The translations under genes and the position numbers were made by a program. A stretch of DNA of 40,849 nt from Bacillales bacterium UBA7642. GTDB taxonomy: Bacteria > Bacillota_I > Bacilli_A > RFN20 > CAG-288. This document shows, piece by piece, positions 35,557-40,849 of the stretch. How positions within the stretch are numbered: position 1 is the first letter of the stretch; the number at the start of each line of letters is the position of its first letter. The stretch is taken from the NCBI GenBank assembly GCA_002483745.1, contig DLIM01000049.1:22989-63837 (forward strand), given 5' to 3'. The notes beneath the pieces are model-generated. The model made no database searches. It was not told where the DNA came from and worked only from the letters and a program-made list of their open reading frames with translations.

Positions 35557-37562
35557 TGCCGGTTTTCTTTGCCTTTATCTTTTTAATGATAGGGATATTA
35601 GGAGCCATCTACTCTCCCTATCTTTTAATTATTGCTCTTTTGCCTTTCCTTTATCTTTACTTCTTTAGGGAGATAAGGACAAAGGCTTTCTTTTTCCTGA
35701 TTCCTCTTTTAGTTGGTTTCTTCATCTCTTTCTTTTGGCCGAAAGGCTCTTTAGATGCTAAGGAGGTAACCGGTCTTGTTGTCTACCGGAAAGAAAATTA
35801 CTATTATCTTCTGACACTTAAAGGGAAGTACTTAGTTTCAGACAAGAAGAATGAAGTCAGCCTTTTCTCTTTAGTGACTTTAACAGGTTATAGCAAGACT
35901 CCTTATTACACGAAGTTTGAAGGAAGCTTTGATTACTTGAATCATTTGAAGTCTGAAGGAATCTCTTACGCTTTTCAAAGCGAAAAGACTTCTTTTATTT
36001 TTAAGTCGCCTTTTAATCTTTCAGCATTAAGAAAATATGCTCTTAGTTTTTTAAATGAGGACAGCAAAGCTTTTGTAGTCAGGCTTCTATTCAGCGAGAA
36101 CCTTTTTGATTATGAGAAAAATCATATCTTCAATGAATTAGGGCTGTCATCCATTCTTTCACTATCCGGTTTTCATCTTAGTTTCTTTATCAGGTTTATT
36201 AAAAAGCTCTTTGGAAAGAGATTAAAAGATAACTTCTTCTACCTAGAAATCGGAATCATCAGTACTTTCTTGATTCTATCAGGATTCAAATACACCTTAA
36301 GAAGAATCTTTCTGCTGTCATTATTAAGCTTTATCAACAAGAAGAAGCAATACCCTTTAAGAAGCCTGGATGTCTTAAGCCTAGTAGCATTGATCCTACT
36401 TATTTTCGAGCCTTTTTCTTTGATTTCGCCTTCCTTCTATTATCCTTTTCCTTTCTTATTCCTTTTAAGGATTTTCCCGGCAAAAGAGAAAAACCAAAAA
36501 GCTTTCTCCTTCTTTGCCAAGATCTTTCTTTTTTATCTGCCTATCAGGCTATTAAACGATTATGGACTAAATCTTTTAAGCCATTTTTCTCAGCTTTTGC
36601 TGATTCCTTTGACTCATCTGCTCTTTTTCTTAGCAATTGGCTGTCTTATTGTTCCTCAGATAGGTATCTTTATAAACCTTCTGGTCAGTTTCATTTCTAA
36701 AGTTATGAATATTACGATGGAATATTCTCCCTATATCCTATCTGGCAAGCCTTGGGTAGGAATAATTGTTTTCTATTATCTTTTGATAGTCTTAGCCCTT
36801 ATTGCTAAAACCTATCATTTTAAAAAAATGGCTAATTCTATCTTAGTTATTCCCTTACTGGCTCTCAGTTGTTTTTTCCTTCCTGACTTAAGCAAACATT
36901 ATGAAGTGGATTTTATCGATGTTGGTCAAGGAGATGCAACTTTAGTCCGATATGAAAGGAAGAACCTCTTAATAGATACAGGGGGAAACCTTAAAACTGA
37001 CTTAGCTAAAGAATGCTTAATTCCCTACTTCAAAAAGAAGAAAATAATGAAGATTGACTATGTTTTCATCACCCATTTGGATTATGACCATTATGGAGCC
37101 TTAGAAAGCCTCAGGAAGAACTACCCGGTCTTAAATGTCATCTATGCCAGTGACTTCCAAAGCTTTGAAAATAATTCCTACTATGTGGATGACTTAAAGA
37201 TAACGAACTTAAATAACTATCAGGAAAGCACTGATACTAATTATTGTTCCGGAGTCTTTGATTTCACTATTAAGGATAAAAGAATTCTTATTCAAGGTGA
37301 TGCACCTATTGAAATCGAGAAACAAATACTGGAAGAAAAGAAAGACTTAAAAGCTGATATTCTGAAAGTCGGACATCATGGCTCAAAGACTTCTTCTTCA
37401 AAGGAATACCTAAAAGCCGTTGATCCTGATTTAGCTATTATCTCAGCGGGGTTAAATAACAGCTACGGGCATCCTAATAAGGAGACCTTAGCCTCCCTTA
37501 ATTCTCTTGATATTCCTTATCGGAGGACGGATTTAGAGGGCAGTATAGAGGTAAAGCTTTGA
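35556..37562 (+). CDS. comEC: DNA uptake channel ComEC/Rec2
   Basis: Multi-TM competence domain (SGFH) and metallo-beta-lactamase domain (DVGQGDA, IDTG, THLDYDH, KVGHHGS, YGHP, RTD). Confidence 0.93.
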   Translation: MPVFFAFIFLMIGILGAIYSPYLLIIALLPFLYLYFFREIRTKAFFFLIPLLVGFFISFFWPKGSLDAKEVTGLVVYRKENYYYLLTLKGKYLVSDKKNEVSLFSLVTLTGYSKTPYYTKFEGSFDYLNHLKSEGISYAFQSEKTSFIFKSPFNLSALRKYALSFLNEDSKAFVVRLLFSENLFDYEKNHIFNELGLSSILSLSGFHLSFFIRFIKKLFGKRLKDNFFYLEIGIISTFLILSGFKYTLRRIFLLSLLSFINKKKQYPLRSLDVLSLVALILLIFEPFSLISPSFYYPFPFLFLLRIFPAKEKNQKAFSFFAKIFLFYLPIRLLNDYGLNLLSHFSQLLLIPLTHLLFFLAIGCLIVPQIGIFINLLVSFISKVMNITMEYSPYILSGKPWVGIIVFYYLLIVLALIAKTYHFKKMANSILVIPLLALSCFFLPDLSKHYEVDFIDVGQGDATLVRYERKNLLIDTGGNLKTDLAKECLIPYFKKKKIMKIDYVFITHLDYDHYGALESLRKNYPVLNVIYASDFQSFENNSYYVDDLKITNLNNYQESTDTNYCSGVFDFTIKDKRILIQGDAPIEIEKQILEEKKDLKADILKVGHHGSKTSSSKEYLKAVDPDLAIISAGLNNSYGHPNKETLASLNSLDIPYRRTDLEGSIEVKL

Positions 37563-37637
37563 TAATAAAAAATTTAAGCTTATTTAAATAAACTTTTAGT
37601 TGTTTTACTAAAGTTTAGTACTTATAATAGTTCCGTT

Positions 37638-38444
37638 ATGAACACAAACACCTGTTTATTTGCGGATGTCGGCAATTCGACGACAGACATTGTGGTAACT
37701 GATTTCACAATGTTCAAGACCTATAAGTTTAATTCCCGCGACCGGGTCAGAATCCGTAAGATGGGAGAAGACTTACTTAACATTCATCATACTATCCAAG
37801 CTTATATTTCTTCAGTCGATATCTTAGGATTGACTGTCTTGACTAAGCAGTTAGAGTTCCTGAAGATTCCTTATTACACGCTTACTCCCTCTAGGATGGA
37901 ACATTTCTGCCTTGATAGCCATTATGATGTCCCCAATATTCAAATTCTCGGAAAAGACTTATTCTGCGATATTGTTTCTAGAGATGAAAACACTGGCTTA
38001 ATCATTATTGATTTAGGAACAGCCAGCAAGATTCTTTATATAGACAAGCAAAAGAGATTCCAGGGAGGTCAGATCTTCCCAGGACTCTATTCTGCTCCCT
38101 CTATTCTTTCCCAGAAGACGGATTTACTGAAAAACATCGAACTGATTGAAAACCCTCCGCTTCTTTCTTTGAAGACTGATGAAAGTATCTCTTCTGGTGT
38201 CATAAATGGAACAGCCGGGTTAATCAACAGCATGGTGAAGGCAATCAGGGAAAAGTATCAAGACCCTGAGGCTAAAGTCATTCTGACTGGTGGAAACGGA
38301 AAATTAGTCAATGAACAGATGAAGGAATTCGGTTTTACTGATTTTGAAACCGATTTGCATTTAGTCACTGAAGGCTTAGCTCACATCTATGGGTTTAGCG
38401 ACTTTACCTTCTTCAAGGAAGAAATCAACAATGAGAAGGAATAA
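37638..38444 (+). CDS. coaX: Type III pantothenate kinase
   Basis: DVGNS, ISSV, IDLGTA, GGQIFPG, SG, LTGG; adjacent to an ECF S component. Confidence 0.88.
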   Translation: MNTNTCLFADVGNSTTDIVVTDFTMFKTYKFNSRDRVRIRKMGEDLLNIHHTIQAYISSVDILGLTVLTKQLEFLKIPYYTLTPSRMEHFCLDSHYDVPNIQILGKDLFCDIVSRDENTGLIIIDLGTASKILYIDKQKRFQGGQIFPGLYSAPSILSQKTDLLKNIELIENPPLLSLKTDESISSGVINGTAGLINSMVKAIREKYQDPEAKVILTGGNGKLVNEQMKEFGFTDFETDLHLVTEGLAHIYGFSDFTFFKEEINNEKE

Positions 38445-39099
38445 TTCCGTCATCAATCTGACTTTCTTTGCTATCTGCTTAGCTTTGATTCTCTTGATGT
38501 CTTTCGTTCCTCAACTTGGCTATATTACTATCGGGGTGATTTCCTTCACCTTGATTCATATTCCGGTTCTGGTCTTTTCTTACCTGAAAGGCTGGAAATG
38601 GGGTTGGGTCTATGGCTTAGTCTTTGGCTTATCTTCCTTTTTGGTAGCTATCACTAGAGCTACTGGAGGGCTAGATATCTTTTTTGCTAATTACCCGATT
38701 GTTGCCATTGTTCCCCGCCTTTTGTTTGGCTTCTTAAGTGGCGTAGTCTTCTCTCTGATTAAGAAGATGATACCTGACCGCTCTAAAAGAAAGCTAGTCT
38801 TAGCACCGACTTGCTTTATCTTAACTGTCATTCATTCTTTGCTAGTTTTCCTTTTCCTCTATCTATTTGCCAAAGATGCTGCCGAAGCCGCTTTTGGCGG
38901 TGCCTTCTGGCCAAGCTTCTACAGCATGATCTTCTTAGTCGGTACTCTTCCTGAAGCTGGTGTGGCCTTTATAACAGTACCTTTGATTTGCTGGCCTTTA
39001 GAGCCTTTCTATGAAAGAATATTTAAAAATGCTAAGGAAGCTAAAAAGGAATCTAGGCGTCTGACACTGCTTCTTGAGAAAGGACTTAAAGAGGACTAG
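38431..39099 (+). CDS. ECF transporter S component, PanT-like (pantothenate, inferred)
   Basis: LGYI, TLIHIPV, FGLSS and IVPR motifs with about six TMs; overlaps coaX. ATG at 38431. Confidence 0.78.
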   Translation: MRRNNSVINLTFFAICLALILLMSFVPQLGYITIGVISFTLIHIPVLVFSYLKGWKWGWVYGLVFGLSSFLVAITRATGGLDIFFANYPIVAIVPRLLFGFLSGVVFSLIKKMIPDRSKRKLVLAPTCFILTVIHSLLVFLFLYLFAKDAAEAAFGGAFWPSFYSMIFLVGTLPEAGVAFITVPLICWPLEPFYERIFKNAKEAKKESRRLTLLLEKGLKED

Positions 39100-39201
39100 T
39101 AATCTTCTTCTCAATTTTGCTGATTTTAGTTTCCTAAGTAGTTTATTTTCTCAAAAGTTAGTTATAGAATATATCGCAGTCTTTGCCTTATGGAGGCTTA
39201 T

Positions 39202-40626
39202 ATGAAAGAAAACTATACGAAGATGAATATGGCTGATTCCGAATATCTAAAACTGGTTAAACCCTATCAGAAGGATGCTTTAGCTGCTTTAAGGGATTTT
39301 ATCAGTATTGACTCCGTCTATGATGAATCAACTAAGTCTAAAAGTACTCCTTTTGGAAAAGGAGTCGATAAGGCTTTGGACTATATTGCAAAAGTTGGAA
39401 CCAAACTAGGCTTTAAGGCTGATAGATGCGATAACTATGTTACTGAGCTTACTTATGGCGAAGGCGAAAAGACTTTAGATATCTATGCTCATGCTGATGT
39501 GGTCCCTGTCAATTTGAAGAACTGGACTAAAGATCCTTTTTCTCTGACTATTGAAGACGATAACCTCTATGGAAGAGGCACCTGCGATGATAAAGGTCCT
39601 GGCATTGCTTGCCTATTTGCTACTAAGGCCTTATTGGATAAAGGAATGTTAGGTGGCTATAAGCTTCGTTTCCTTTTTGGCGGGAATGAAGAAAATGGCT
39701 CCTTATGCTTAGAGCATTTCTTTAAGACTATGAAGAAGCCTTATCCTACTTTAGGATTCTCTCCTGATGCTGACTATCCTTTAATCTATGCTGAGAAATC
39801 TATTTATTCTTATGCCGCTAGTTATCCTCTTACTTTAAAAGGCGTCTCTCCTTTTACTGCTGGTGATGCCCTTAATATTGTTATCGGTGATGCAAACTGT
39901 GGAATCGCTAATCCTCGCCTTGATGTTGAAGGAGCTTTAAACTTCTATCTGAGAAGTCATCCGCTGATCAAAGCTAGCTACCACGATGAAATCCTGACCT
40001 TCAAAGGTAAGCCTTCTCATGGCTCACTTCCCTGGATGGGAGTTAATGCGGCTTTATATCTTTTAGACTTCTTAGGTGACTTATATAGTAACCAGACTCT
40101 TAAGAGTATTTTTAAGTTCTATCTAGATGGAAAAGGAATTGCCTTCAATGGTAACTTCACCAACAAGTATTTTGATTGCTCTTCCTATAATGTAGGCAAA
40201 GTTGTTTATGACGGAAAAAAACTAACTATTTATGTTAATGTTAGATTCCCTTCTGATATTGATATTAAGACTGTCATTGATAATGCTGCTAAGACGACTA
40301 AGGCTGAAATTAAGTCACTTGGTGGTAGCCAAGGCTTTGTTTCTGACCCAAATTCTGACTTCGTTAAGATCCTTCTTAACGCCTATCGAAAAGAGACCAA
40401 TGATGAGATTTCAATGCCTTTAGCAATCGGTGGAGGCACCTATGCAAGAGACTCCAAAAACTCAATTGCCTTTGGGGCAGCCTTCAGTAAGAGAGACTAT
40501 CGTATGCATGGAGATGATGAATACTTCCCCTTATCTGATTTCTATGATAATATGCAAATCTATGCTCATGCTATCCATGACTTATCTATCTATCTTAGAG
40601 AAGGAAAGGTTGATTTTTCTAAATGA
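39202..40626 (+). CDS. pepV: M20-family dipeptidase (PepV-like)
   Basis: HADVVP, GRGTCDDKGP, NEE, PDADYP, GGGTYAR, MH. ATG at 39202 follows SD GGAGG. Confidence 0.88.
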   Translation: MKENYTKMNMADSEYLKLVKPYQKDALAALRDFISIDSVYDESTKSKSTPFGKGVDKALDYIAKVGTKLGFKADRCDNYVTELTYGEGEKTLDIYAHADVVPVNLKNWTKDPFSLTIEDDNLYGRGTCDDKGPGIACLFATKALLDKGMLGGYKLRFLFGGNEENGSLCLEHFFKTMKKPYPTLGFSPDADYPLIYAEKSIYSYAASYPLTLKGVSPFTAGDALNIVIGDANCGIANPRLDVEGALNFYLRSHPLIKASYHDEILTFKGKPSHGSLPWMGVNAALYLLDFLGDLYSNQTLKSIFKFYLDGKGIAFNGNFTNKYFDCSSYNVGKVVYDGKKLTIYVNVRFPSDIDIKTVIDNAAKTTKAEIKSLGGSQGFVSDPNSDFVKILLNAYRKETNDEISMPLAIGGGTYARDSKNSIAFGAAFSKRDYRMHGDDEYFPLSDFYDNMQIYAHAIHDLSIYLREGKVDFSK

Positions 40627-40849
40627 GATTAAGGCATCGTAAATGGTCGGAAGAAGTCTTAAAGGAAAACAAAGATATCGGTATCAATCTCTCTGATATT
40701 AAGAGTGAAGATCAGTTCTTCTCTTTTAATGAATTGGAGATTGGTTCTGGGTGCGGCGGTTTCCTTTTAGAGCTTTCTAAAAGAAACCCTGACAAGAAAT
40801 ATTTAGGTGCCGAAATCAATGTCAACGCTTTCAGTATTGCCGTTAAGAA
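40623..40849 (+). CDS. trmB: tRNA (guanine-N7)-methyltransferase TrmB, 5' part cut by the window end (not in the ORF track)
   Basis: My translation reads MRLRHRKWSEEVLKEN...LEIGSGCGGFLLELSKRNPDKKYLGAEIN, which has the TrmB N-terminus and SAM-binding motif I; ATGA overlap with pepV. Confidence 0.88.
   Translation, partial: MRLRHRKWSEEVLKENKDIGINLSDIKSEDQFFSFNELEIGSGCGGFLLELSKRNPDKKYLGAEINVNAFSIAVK

Overview
A mostly housekeeping chromosomal segment from a low-GC Bacilli-type (Firmicutes) bacterium using genetic code 11, probably an anaerobe (NfnAB, iron-containing ADH, Fhs). Left to right it holds: three minus-strand surface lipoprotein genes (one intact BspA-type LRR gene and two broken into fragments); marR-exonuclease-recU; nfnAB and adh; gpsB-rnpB (type B RNase P RNA)-pgsA-cinA-recA; rny-ymdB-spoVS-miaB-ricA-mutS-mutL-miaA::tcdA fusion-fhs-folD; two tandem MacB/FtsX-like ABC ATPase-permease fusions; csp; a ThrRS-N/uridine kinase-family gene; greA; comEA-comEC; coaX with an ECF S component; pepV; and the start of trmB. 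I found no tRNA, rRNA, CRISPR array or IS element. The best new lead is a bipartite motif, TTAG-N17-ACTARATA, with an identical 17-nt spacer, ending 19-23 nt upstream of the starts of recA, comEA and the ABC pair. It looks like an alternative-sigma (competence-type) promoter, which would place the uncharacterised ABC pair in a DNA-uptake regulon. At these sites the spacer can also pair with the gene's own Shine-Dalgarno. Other leads are a MiaA-TcdA fusion, a structured rny leader, cre-like operators and a FolD lacking cyclohydrolase residues. All calls were made by eye from the sequence; no searches were run.
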